From a virus, in IMG/VR virus record IMGVR_UViG_3300049749_000001, positions 1 to 61,595 of that record: 61,595 bases of DNA; one strand, 5' to 3'. Both the position numbers and the translations under genes were made by a program. The notes beneath the pieces were generated by a model that was not told where the DNA came from, did no database searches, and worked only from the letters and a program-made list of their open reading frames with translations. This document shows, piece by piece, positions 40,594 to 48,695 of this stretch (position 1 is the first letter of the stretch; each line of letters begins with the position of its first letter).

Positions 40594-41862
40594 ATGGCTG
40601 AAACAAATATTGCGAGCGGAAGCTCGTTAGCAATCAAGTACTACAGTGCCGCGCTGTTCGCAAGCACGTTGCGCGGTACATCCGCCCTGGACGCATTGAT
40701 AGGGGCGATTCAACCCGGGGCAATGGACCGGCTTTCGGGGCAAACGGAGCCGGGTTTTCCAATCGTCCGTCTCGATAACTTGATGAAGGTGCCGGGTGAT
40801 CGCCTCTCCATCGACCTAGTGGACACCGTAAGCGGGCAACCGTTGATGGGTGACATCATGCGCGAGGGCAAGGGATCGCCTCTGGCGTTCAGTTCGCAGG
40901 AGCTCAAGATTGACCTAGCGAGCAAGGTGATTGATGCGGGCGGCACCATGTCGCAGCAACGCACCAAGCACCAATTGCGCGAGATTGCGCTGGCGCAACT
41001 GGCGGGCTACTTCCCCAGGCTCGACGTTCAGGAGACGCTTGTGCATCTTTCCGGCGCACGCGGTTCACAGACCGGCACTGACTGGACCATTCCGCTGCAA
41101 TCCGCGGCTGACTTCGCAAACATCATGGTTAACCCCGTGATGGCACCAACCTATAACCGGCATTTCGTGGTTAACGGTGCGAATCTGACCAAGGGCGGAC
41201 TGCAACTAGGCTCGATTGTGTCTACCGACCTGTTCAAGCTCGTGCACCTGGACGCACTCAGGAAGCGTATCGACGACATGGACCAGCCTTTGCAGTCCGT
41301 GAAGCTGACCGGGGACCGTGCGGCGCAAACCTCAAAAATGTGGGTATTCCTGGCGACACCGAACCAGTATTCACAGCTCTTGCAAGAGGGTTCACTTCGC
41401 GCCTTCCAGCAAAACGCCGTGAACCGTTCGGCCTACCTTGACACCCGCCATCCGTTGTTTGCCGGCGAGGTCGGAATGTGGAACGGAATTCTCGTTATCA
41501 AGAACGAGCGTGCTGTGCGCTTCATGCCGGGGGAATCTACCCAGGTTGTGCTGGCAGCGGATGCGGCAACCGCCAACGAAACCCCGCAAACCGTGAATGC
41601 GGCGCTGACTTCGGGTTACGCCGTGGAACGCGGGTTGCTGTTGGGTGCGCAAGCCCTGGCAGTCGCTTACGGCAAGACGAAGGTAAGCGGGATCCAGTAC
41701 GGCTGGAAAGAACGCTGGTACAACTTTGAGTCGAATCTGGAACTCATGGGCGAAAAAGTGTGCGGGAAGATCAAGGTGCGGCTCAGTGTTGACGATGGCA
41801 CCGGCCAGAAAGTGCCCACGGACTTTGGCGTAATCGCTGTTGACTCGGCAGTGCCCCTGTAA
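40594..41862 (+). CDS. Major capsid protein
   Basis: 422-aa product after the scaffold gene, followed by a strong terminator. This is a call by position and size only. Confidence 0.75.
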   Translation: MAETNIASGSSLAIKYYSAALFASTLRGTSALDALIGAIQPGAMDRLSGQTEPGFPIVRLDNLMKVPGDRLSIDLVDTVSGQPLMGDIMREGKGSPLAFSSQELKIDLASKVIDAGGTMSQQRTKHQLREIALAQLAGYFPRLDVQETLVHLSGARGSQTGTDWTIPLQSAADFANIMVNPVMAPTYNRHFVVNGANLTKGGLQLGSIVSTDLFKLVHLDALRKRIDDMDQPLQSVKLTGDRAAQTSKMWVFLATPNQYSQLLQEGSLRAFQQNAVNRSAYLDTRHPLFAGEVGMWNGILVIKNERAVRFMPGESTQVVLAADAATANETPQTVNAALTSGYAVERGLLLGAQALAVAYGKTKVSGIQYGWKERWYNFESNLELMGEKVCGKIKVRLSVDDGTGQKVPTDFGVIAVDSAVPL

Positions 41863-41887
41863 ACCGTAACCACAATCGAACCGACAA

Positions 41888-41909
41888 GCGGGCATAGCCC
41901 GTTTTTTTT
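41888..41909 (+). terminator. Intrinsic terminator after the capsid gene
   Basis: CGGGC-ATA-GCCCG followed by eight T residues. Confidence 0.8.
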
Positions 41910-41932
41910 CGTCTTTAAGAAGGAGTTTCAAC

Positions 41933-42376
41933 ATGGCTTCGCATAACGCACCTGATCTAAACACCAAGCCGCAGCACATGGGCGAGTTTGGTAACGTCGT
42001 GGTGGGGGTGGGCAGCGTCACCCCTACTGCCGGCGCACTGGCGGACGTCTACCGTCCTATCGCCATCCCTGGCGGCTGGCTGGTTACGGACGTCGATATC
42101 CTCTTCCCTGACATGGACACGGGCGGCTCGGCCTTCGCGGTCAAGATCGGTTATGAGCCGGTCAATTCCGCCGATGGTCCGGTAGCGGACGATGATTATT
42201 TCTCCGTGGCCAACACGTTCCTGACCGGCACTGCGGGCAGGCGTCAACTGGTATTCAAGCCCATCAAGTTTGAACGCCCGGTTTATCTCACGATGACGGT
42301 AACGGTAGCGGCAACCACGTTCGTTTCCGGCGAGCTGACGGCAATCGTCAAGGGTGACGGCGTGGGTATCAAGTAA
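41933..42376 (+). CDS. Virion structural protein (147 aa; possible decoration/accessory head protein)
   Basis: Its position directly after the capsid gene and its own terminator support the call. Confidence 0.5.
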   Translation: MASHNAPDLNTKPQHMGEFGNVVVGVGSVTPTAGALADVYRPIAIPGGWLVTDVDILFPDMDTGGSAFAVKIGYEPVNSADGPVADDDYFSVANTFLTGTAGRRQLVFKPIKFERPVYLTMTVTVAATTFVSGELTAIVKGDGVGIK

Positions 42377-42431
42377 CGGCTGCATTGTTCCCGTGGTCTC
42401 CTAGACCGATGCACCACGGGGACATTTCAGA

Positions 42432-42464
42432 GGGGGCGGTTCCTGACGGTTCCGCCCCTTTTTT
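42432..42464 (+). terminator. Intrinsic terminator
   Basis: GGGGGCGG, loop, CCGCCCC, then TTTTTT. A second hairpin CCCGTGGT...ACCACGGG lies just upstream. Confidence 0.75.
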
Positions 42465-42487
42465 AATTCACTTAGAGAGCTAAAACG

Positions 42488-42889
42488 ATGCCACGAGTTA
42501 GATATATCGGAAACAACGTCAAAACCGACAGCATTGCGGGCGTCGGCTTGCAGTGGGCGCCCGGACAGGTGCGCGATGTGACGGCTACAGTCGCGGCGCA
42601 TCTGCTTTCCTACACCGATACCTGGGTACCGGAGAGCGAGCCCGAAGGTACGCCGGCAGAAGCACTCAAGGAGCACGCGGAAGAGCCCATCGGCTTCCGG
42701 GAGGAAGAGAAACGCGCTGAAGAGCCCCTTGCCGTGGTGGATTTTCATTCGATGACCAAGGATGCGATGCAGAAGTACGCAAAGCAGCATTGGAACATGA
42801 CGCTGGACAAGAAAATGTCGGAAAGCCACACGCGCGAGACCATAATCAAGGAGCACTCGAAACGCGAAATGGAAGATAAGGACATTTAA
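42488..42889 (+). CDS. Hypothetical structural-module protein (133 aa)
   Basis: Closed ORF. The C-terminal half is charged. Confidence 0.55.
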   Translation: MPRVRYIGNNVKTDSIAGVGLQWAPGQVRDVTATVAAHLLSYTDTWVPESEPEGTPAEALKEHAEEPIGFREEEKRAEEPLAVVDFHSMTKDAMQKYAKQHWNMTLDKKMSESHTRETIIKEHSKREMEDKDI

Positions 42890-42891
42890 TA

Positions 42892-43224
42892 ATGCCCTTC
42901 GATTATCAATACCTCGTCGATTTGGCACGGGTACCGCTCAACGACGCGGACAAGGCGCGGTACCCCGATGAAACCCTGCTGCTGTTTGCAAATCAGGCGA
43001 TTCTACAGGTGCTAAAACGCCGCCCTGATCTTTTCATAGGGCAGTTCGCAAGCCCGCCAACAGGACAGGCGGCACTCACCGATACGTTTCCCCTTCCGCC
43101 TGAATACGCTCAGACCGTAGCGGATTACGTGACCGGACGTGCGGACATGACCGATGACGAGCACGCGAGCTCCGGGCGTGCCATTGCCTACGCGCAATTG
43201 TTCGGTGCGGAGGCGCCAGCATGA
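42892..43224 (+). CDS. Head-tail connector/adaptor-like protein (110 aa)
   Basis: Size, position, and an N-terminus (LVDLARVPLNDADKARYPDETLLLFANQA) reminiscent of gp6-like connectors. Confidence 0.4.
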   Translation: MPFDYQYLVDLARVPLNDADKARYPDETLLLFANQAILQVLKRRPDLFIGQFASPPTGQAALTDTFPLPPEYAQTVADYVTGRADMTDDEHASSGRAIAYAQLFGAEAPA

Positions 43225-43850
43225 AGCTGTGGAGCGATTTCTACGACCTGTTGCTACCAGACGCACCCGGGTGCCCCTTGGTCGCGGCGGGTTTTGCCGT
43301 CAGACAGAGCGCGATCGCTTTCTGCGAGCAGTCGCTTGCATGGCGATATGTGCATCCAGACATTGCGGTATTGGCCGGTACCGCCGAATACGCGTTCATC
43401 CCGCTTACCGGCGCGGCGGTGCATACCATTATCTATGCGGAGCTCGACGGCAAGCAGATCAGGAGCGACGTGGGCGAGGGGGATATCAAGATAAACGACT
43501 GGCGCAACACCCCTGGCGTGCCGGAATACGTGCTGAGCGGTAGCACTTCGATGCGACTGGTACCTGAGCCCAATGCCAGCCACACGCTGAAGCTGATCGT
43601 GGCGCTGAAGCCCACGTTTGACGCCACCGGAATCGACGACGAAATCTTTGCCGAGTACCGCGAGGCGATTATCCACGGCGCCCTGGCCAAGCTGATGCTA
43701 TCGCCCAAGAAACCCTATTCAAACCCGACCCTCGCACAGTTCCATCAGCAGCAATCTGTGATCAAGACTGGCCAAGCAGGGATAAAAGTAGCGCGCAACT
43801 TCACGCGTGCGCCGTTGCAGACCGCAATCATGAGAAGGGATGGAAGATGA
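43221..43850 (+). CDS. Hypothetical structural protein (209 aa)
   Basis: ATGA overlaps on both sides. Confidence 0.55.
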   Translation: MKLWSDFYDLLLPDAPGCPLVAAGFAVRQSAIAFCEQSLAWRYVHPDIAVLAGTAEYAFIPLTGAAVHTIIYAELDGKQIRSDVGEGDIKINDWRNTPGVPEYVLSGSTSMRLVPEPNASHTLKLIVALKPTFDATGIDDEIFAEYREAIIHGALAKLMLSPKKPYSNPTLAQFHQQQSVIKTGQAGIKVARNFTRAPLQTAIMRRDGR

Positions 43851-45511
43851 TCATCTTGTACGTTGACAAAACGGTACGGGGCTATCGCTATGGCCGGGGC
43901 AATATCATCGAACTGGCGCCGATTGAAGAGGCATTGCTGATCGAGCGCGGCGAGGCCGAGGCTTTCAGCGTGGCGCCGGATTTAAGCGCCCTGTTGGCCA
44001 AGATAAACAACTTGGCCGATGTGCCGGATCCGGTTGCCGCAAGGGAGAGCCTGGGATTAGGCGCACTGGCGGTGCTGGACGCTGCCACTTTCACTACCGT
44101 TAGCGGGGCGATACGCACCATCCAGGCGCGGCTGCTGGAGGATTTGAGCGTCAAGGACTTGGGCGCGGTAGGCGATGGCGTGACCGACGACTACGCGGCC
44201 TTTCAGGCGGCACATGATCTCCTGTCGAGCGTAACATCCAGCGTGGGCGGGCAGATTCGCATCCCCCCAGGCGTCTATTACCTGTCCGATACATGGAAAA
44301 TCTCAAAGCGCGTGACGATTCGCGGCTCAAACGCCGGGGATCAGGTGACGACCGGGGCAACAAGGCTGCTTTTCGCGGCTGACAAAACGGGAATTCGCTT
44401 CTACAGCTTGGTAGAGTCGCCAACCGGGACCGGCGGCGACTATTCGCGCCTCGAAGGCGTCAACATGACTGCCGTGTCCAAGGCCGCATCGGGCAACGGC
44501 ATTTGGGCTACCTGTGTTGTGAAGGTGCAGTACTGCGTCGTGCGCAGCTTCCAGGGCCATGGCATTTACATCAACGGGCAGACCGGCACGGGCGCTACCG
44601 GCATTGCCGATGCCTGGGAAGTGCGCAATACCCGCATCCAATCCTGCGGTGGAGATGGCCTGCGAGTTATCGGCAATGACAGCAACGTGGGCGTGGCGGA
44701 AATGGTGGAGACCACGCTCAACGGCGGCTACGGGTACTACGACAACGCCTCCTACTGCAATACCTACATCGCGTGCCAAGCATCAGGCAATGTCGCTGGC
44801 GCGTACTACAACCGCAACGGCGTGGGACTCGGCGGGGTTTATATCGGTTGCTATACCGAGAGCGGCGGACTCTCCAATTTCGATCCGAGCGTACTCGTCT
44901 TGGGCGGGGTGATGAATGCCTTTACCGGCCAGTTCATCTATCCGGGCTCAACCGGGCTGACCCTGAACGCAGCAACCGGAAGCCGGCACATATTTGCCAG
45001 GGCAGGGGTAGAGATTGCGCGAATCGAAACCACCAACAAACTAACCGGACTGGCCGGCGCGAAGTGGTCAGGCGGCGTGACCGACTACACGGACATGGGT
45101 GCGAACTTGTTCGCCTTCGTTACCAGCGTAACGAGTTCGCAGGACCGGATGCGGTTCGACAACCCAAACGGGCGCGTAGGTTCTATTTCCACAAATGCCT
45201 CGGCTACCGTCTATAGCACTTCATCCGATGTGCGGATGAAGGAAAACGTGGTTGATGCGCCTGACGCGGGCGCGGATATTGATGCGGTGCGGGTCGTTTC
45301 CTTCAACTGGAAGAGTACCGGCGAGTTGCAGAAATATGGCGTCATTGCGCAGGAATTGATCCAAGCATTCCCAGGCGCGGTGAGTGCCGGGGATGAGGGC
45401 GAGGAAGTCGATCAGGCGTGGGGCGTGGACTACAGCAAGCTCGTGCCGATGCTGGTCAAGGAGATTCAGGATTTAAGGGCGCGGGTTCAGTCGATAGAGG
45501 CGGGGACATAG
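43847..45511 (+). CDS. Tailspike: beta-helix (pectate-lyase-like) with a C-terminal S74 intramolecular chaperone
   Basis: LSVKDLGAVGDGVTDDYAAFQAAHD is the beta-helix cap motif. The C-terminus STSSDVRMKENV...FNWKS...YGVIAQEL...VDYSKLVPMLVKEIQDL is the S74 autoproteolytic chaperone pattern. Confidence 0.8.
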   Translation: MIILYVDKTVRGYRYGRGNIIELAPIEEALLIERGEAEAFSVAPDLSALLAKINNLADVPDPVAARESLGLGALAVLDAATFTTVSGAIRTIQARLLEDLSVKDLGAVGDGVTDDYAAFQAAHDLLSSVTSSVGGQIRIPPGVYYLSDTWKISKRVTIRGSNAGDQVTTGATRLLFAADKTGIRFYSLVESPTGTGGDYSRLEGVNMTAVSKAASGNGIWATCVVKVQYCVVRSFQGHGIYINGQTGTGATGIADAWEVRNTRIQSCGGDGLRVIGNDSNVGVAEMVETTLNGGYGYYDNASYCNTYIACQASGNVAGAYYNRNGVGLGGVYIGCYTESGGLSNFDPSVLVLGGVMNAFTGQFIYPGSTGLTLNAATGSRHIFARAGVEIARIETTNKLTGLAGAKWSGGVTDYTDMGANLFAFVTSVTSSQDRMRFDNPNGRVGSISTNASATVYSTSSDVRMKENVVDAPDAGADIDAVRVVSFNWKSTGELQKYGVIAQELIQAFPGAVSAGDEGEEVDQAWGVDYSKLVPMLVKEIQDLRARVQSIEAGT

Positions 45512-46411
45512 ATGCTTAGATTTGCAAATTTCGGCAAGTCGCCGGTGGCTTCCGCGCCAAGCGGCACGACCGGCTTGAGTTTCACGGTCGAGGCGGGGAA
45601 GGGGCTACTCTTCCCCTCTCTTGGCACGGGCGATTACTTCTACGGGATTTTCAAGGACGCGTCGGGCAACCGCGAGATTGTGAAGGTAGAGGCGCGTGCC
45701 GTGGATTCCATGACCATCGCGGTAGGCGGGCGCGGACTGGATGGAACCGCGGCGCGTACCTGGGCGGCGGGAGATTACTTTGTCGCCGGGTTGGTCAACG
45801 TGGCGCTAGAGGAATCATTGTCGAACCCCAACCTGATAGCACTTGGGGGGTTGCCTTCGGCGGCGGACAAACTGCCCTACTTCACGGGGAGCGGGACGGC
45901 GACGGTGACTGACTTAACCGCATTTGCCCGGACCCTGCTCGATGATGCGAACGCGGCGGCGGCGTTGACGACCCTTGGCATTCCGGCTGCAATCGCGGCC
46001 TATTTCCCAAGCGGGACCGCGATGCTGTTCTGTCAGGCTGCGGCACCTGCCGGGTGGACGCAATCCGTCACCCACAATAACAAGGCGCTGCGCATCGTCT
46101 CTGGGGCAGGCGGCGGGGCTGGCGGGTCGGTGGCATTCACTACTGCGTTCGCATCGCAGCCGGTCACGGGTTCCAATAGCGCCGTCACGCTGGACTCGAC
46201 CCAGATACCGAGCCACACGCATACGGCACGGCACAACGATGGCGCGGGGTCTGTTGCTACGGGCGGGTCGTGGGTTAATTCAGTCGGCAATATCCTCGGC
46301 ACTTCAACAGGGGCAACGGGTGGCGGTTTGTCGCACAACCACTCTTTCACCGGCAGCAATATAAATCTCGCTGTGCAGTATGTGGACATAATCATGGCGA
46401 CAAAAGACTGA
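45512..46411 (+). CDS. Tail fibre protein with a collar-type C-terminal domain
   Basis: [20 protein letters not shown]...IPSHTHT...GLSHNHSF resembles the phage tail-collar / MDP domain. Confidence 0.65.
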   Translation: MLRFANFGKSPVASAPSGTTGLSFTVEAGKGLLFPSLGTGDYFYGIFKDASGNREIVKVEARAVDSMTIAVGGRGLDGTAARTWAAGDYFVAGLVNVALEESLSNPNLIALGGLPSAADKLPYFTGSGTATVTDLTAFARTLLDDANAAAALTTLGIPAAIAAYFPSGTAMLFCQAAAPAGWTQSVTHNNKALRIVSGAGGGAGGSVAFTTAFASQPVTGSNSAVTLDSTQIPSHTHTARHNDGAGSVATGGSWVNSVGNILGTSTGATGGGLSHNHSFTGSNINLAVQYVDIIMATKD

Positions 46412-46722
46412 TGGAAACGCGCATAGCCGATTGTCCGTTAGGGGCAAGGTGCGAAGAGGTCAAGAACGTCGATGGCAGGCCGGTTCTTTATCGCTGCCCC
46501 TGGTATGTGCAGATACATGGCACCGATGTAAACACAGGGGCGGAAGCGAACAATTGGGGTTGCGCAATTGCATGGATGCCCGCGCTCATGATCAACACAG
46601 CCAACGAGGCACGCAAGAACGTGGCGGCCACCGAGTCATTCAGGAATGAAATGATGAATCAAAACGAACAGACGCAGAAAGCCATGCTGCTTGCGGCGGT
46701 GCTGGAGGGGAAATGCGAGTAA
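46411..46722 (+). CDS. Hypothetical Cys-containing protein (103 aa)
   Basis: TGATG overlap with the fibre gene. Confidence 0.5.
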   Translation: METRIADCPLGARCEEVKNVDGRPVLYRCPWYVQIHGTDVNTGAEANNWGCAIAWMPALMINTANEARKNVAATESFRNEMMNQNEQTQKAMLLAAVLEGKCE

Positions 46723-47300
46723 CGATCATAAAAGATGACAGCGTTGTGGGCGTGGATGGCGTTTTCCGTCTCGTTGACCTGTCGGGAATGCCTGCGGGAA
46801 TCAGGGCGATGCAGTGGGACGGCACGCAGGGGCATAGGGAGTATTACGACGGCGCAATAGCGAACACCACCATCGTGTCGATAGCCTCGATCCAGTCGTT
46901 CATAGACCTTTGGACGGCAGCAGCCCCTCCGGCTGCGCCCGCGCCGACCACGCAGGAGCTCATCGCAGCCGCACATGCCCGCATCAACCGTGCTTATGAA
47001 GCAGCGGTCAACGCGCTGACGGTGGGTTATCCCGATACCGAGATAGCGTCATGGCCGAAACAAGAGGGAGAGGCGCGGGCGTTCCTGGCCGACAACAACG
47101 CAGCGACACCGTGGATAGATGGGGCGGCTGCTTCACGCGGGCTTACCAAGGCGCAATTGGTTGCGCTGATCATCGGCAATGCCGACGCCCTGGCGCCCCT
47201 TCATGGCGGACTGACAGGAAAGCGCCAAAGCCTCAGGGACGCGATAGACGCCCTGGGCGAAGCGCCAACCCAGGAGCAACTCGACGCGATTCAATGGTAG
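46713..47300 (+). CDS. Tail-fibre assembly/chaperone-like protein
   Basis: YPDTEIASWPKQEGEARAFL resembles the SWPxQ motif of tail-fibre assembly proteins. It lies downstream of the fibre genes. Confidence 0.5.
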   Translation: MRVTIIKDDSVVGVDGVFRLVDLSGMPAGIRAMQWDGTQGHREYYDGAIANTTIVSIASIQSFIDLWTAAAPPAAPAPTTQELIAAAHARINRAYEAAVNALTVGYPDTEIASWPKQEGEARAFLADNNAATPWIDGAAASRGLTKAQLVALIIGNADALAPLHGGLTGKRQSLRDAIDALGEAPTQEQLDAIQW

Positions 47301-47319
47301 CCGTTTAAACGCACACACA

Positions 47320-47340
47320 GGCCGCTTATGCGGCCTTTTT
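47320..47340 (+). terminator. Intrinsic terminator
   Basis: GGCCGC-TTAT-GCGGCC followed by TTTTT. Confidence 0.8.
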
Positions 47341-47356
47341 CATTTGGAGAATCGCA

Positions 47357-47536
47357 ATGACCAAGTTTCAACGGGAAAGACAGGCGCTACTTGACGCGAA
47401 CAGCAAGGCGGACAAGAAGGCCGATGAGATTGTGGATCAGGGCATTTCCATTTTTCAGAAGCTCAAGGATACGAAATGGACCGCGGCCGGGCTTTTCGCC
47501 GGAAGCGCCGCCCTCCTCTACTTTATTTTCAGATAG
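47357..47536 (+). CDS. Small tail-anchored membrane protein (59 aa; holin/antiholin candidate)
   Basis: Hand-translated as MTKFQRERQALLDAN...KWTAAGLFAGSAALLYFIFR. GGAGA RBS. It is the first gene of the lysis cluster. Confidence 0.45.
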   Translation: MTKFQRERQALLDANSKADKKADEIVDQGISIFQKLKDTKWTAAGLFAGSAALLYFIFR

Positions 47537-47539
47537 GCC

Positions 47540-47875
47540 ATGGAAAAAGAGGCGGACGCCACCGAGAGCGCGGAAAAGAAAGGCGGGATGCACTTGCCCG
47601 CGTGGGCGGTGGAATGGGGCAGAAAGCTGTTGCCCTACCTGCTTATCGGGATCGTGACAGCGGGTTTCAAACTCTACTACGATAATATCAGCAATATCAA
47701 GGACATAAGTAGAAACACGTGGTGGAACCAGGAGCAGGACAAAGCCCGCGAACGCACTGATGACCGGGTTTCGAGGCTGGAGTCGCGCCAGGATCGTTCA
47801 GAAGAAACCGATGCCGAGTTTCACAGCGAAATGCGGGAAAAGATGGACCGGCTTTTAAGGGCATACAAACGATGA
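47540..47875 (+). CDS. Single-TM protein with a coiled-coil C-terminus (holin or i-spanin candidate)
   Basis: TM segment LLPYLLIGIVTAGFKLYY followed by a charged helical domain. ATGA overlap with the lipoprotein gene. Confidence 0.5.
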   Translation: MEKEADATESAEKKGGMHLPAWAVEWGRKLLPYLLIGIVTAGFKLYYDNISNIKDISRNTWWNQEQDKARERTDDRVSRLESRQDRSEETDAEFHSEMREKMDRLLRAYKR

Positions 47876-48153
47876 GAGTGTTGATCCTGCTGACGCTCAT
47901 CGCCGCATGTGCCAATCAGCCGAAGGCACCGGACCCGCCAATACCGAAAACAACCCAGGAAATACCCGAAACACCCGAAACACCCGAAACACCGGATAAG
48001 CCGCGCAAGAAGCCGCCCGCACCGCCACCGCAAAAGCCGCCTGTCGTGATTGTCGTGCCAGCGGCAGCGTGCTTGCCACCGGCAAAGAATGACAAGAAAG
48101 AGATTCTTCAGGGCTTGGACTGCCTGATCAAGATTGAAGAACTTAAACCCTGA
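47872..48153 (+). CDS. Pro-rich lipoprotein (o-spanin candidate)
   Basis: MRVLILLTLIAAC has the lipobox LIAAC. The mature part is PKAPDPPIPK..IPETPETPETPDKP..PPAPPPQKPP with Cys residues. Confidence 0.6.
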   Translation: MRVLILLTLIAACANQPKAPDPPIPKTTQEIPETPETPETPDKPRKKPPAPPPQKPPVVIVVPAAACLPPAKNDKKEILQGLDCLIKIEELKP

Positions 48154-48695
48154 TGGAGTTGGTGCTTTCCATGTCTCTTGAAACCGCACAAGTAGCCTTC
48201 CGAGTGGCCGTTGCCACCATCGCCATTACCGGCTCTACCGTTGTAGGGCTGGCACTCGATGAAAAATACGTGGGTGAAGCCATGATTCCGGTCAAGGGTG
48301 ACAAGTGGACGAATGGCTACGGCACCACGACAGGCGTAAAGAAGGGCGACAAAACCACGCCAGAGCGTGCCTTGGTGCGACTGATGGGCGACCTTGAGGA
48401 CATATACGCGGCGGGTATACGCAAATGCGTTACCGTGCCCTTGTACCCGCATGAGTTCCAGGCATATTTGCGACTCACATATAACGTAGGGGTGCCCACC
48501 TTTTGCCGCAAGGCAAAGCCGGATCCAGTGACCGGCAAGATAGAACCTAACCTGATCGACTTGATTAATACCAAGCGGTACGCCGAGGCTTGCGTGCGCA
48601 TCGAGGCGTTCAAGTACGGGCCGGGGCGCGTGGTCTATCCGGGACTCGTCAAACGCCGTGCGGAAGAGCGCAGGATTTGCGAGGGGCGGGCGTGA
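48153..48695 (+). CDS. SAR-type endolysin (GH24 lysozyme)
   Basis: Weakly hydrophobic N-terminus AFRVAVATIAITGSTVVGLAL. The catalytic block is EAMIPVKGDKWTNGYGTT. The C-terminus is GLVKRRAEERRIC. Confidence 0.8.
   Translation: MELVLSMSLETAQVAFRVAVATIAITGSTVVGLALDEKYVGEAMIPVKGDKWTNGYGTTTGVKKGDKTTPERALVRLMGDLEDIYAAGIRKCVTVPLYPHEFQAYLRLTYNVGVPTFCRKAKPDPVTGKIEPNLIDLINTKRYAEACVRIEAFKYGPGRVVYPGLVKRRAEERRICEGRA

Noticed and set aside
43847-46411. Diversity-generating retroelement acting on the tail fibres
   Set aside because: No reverse-transcriptase ORF exists anywhere in the window. I found no template/variable repeat pair near the fibre C-termini.
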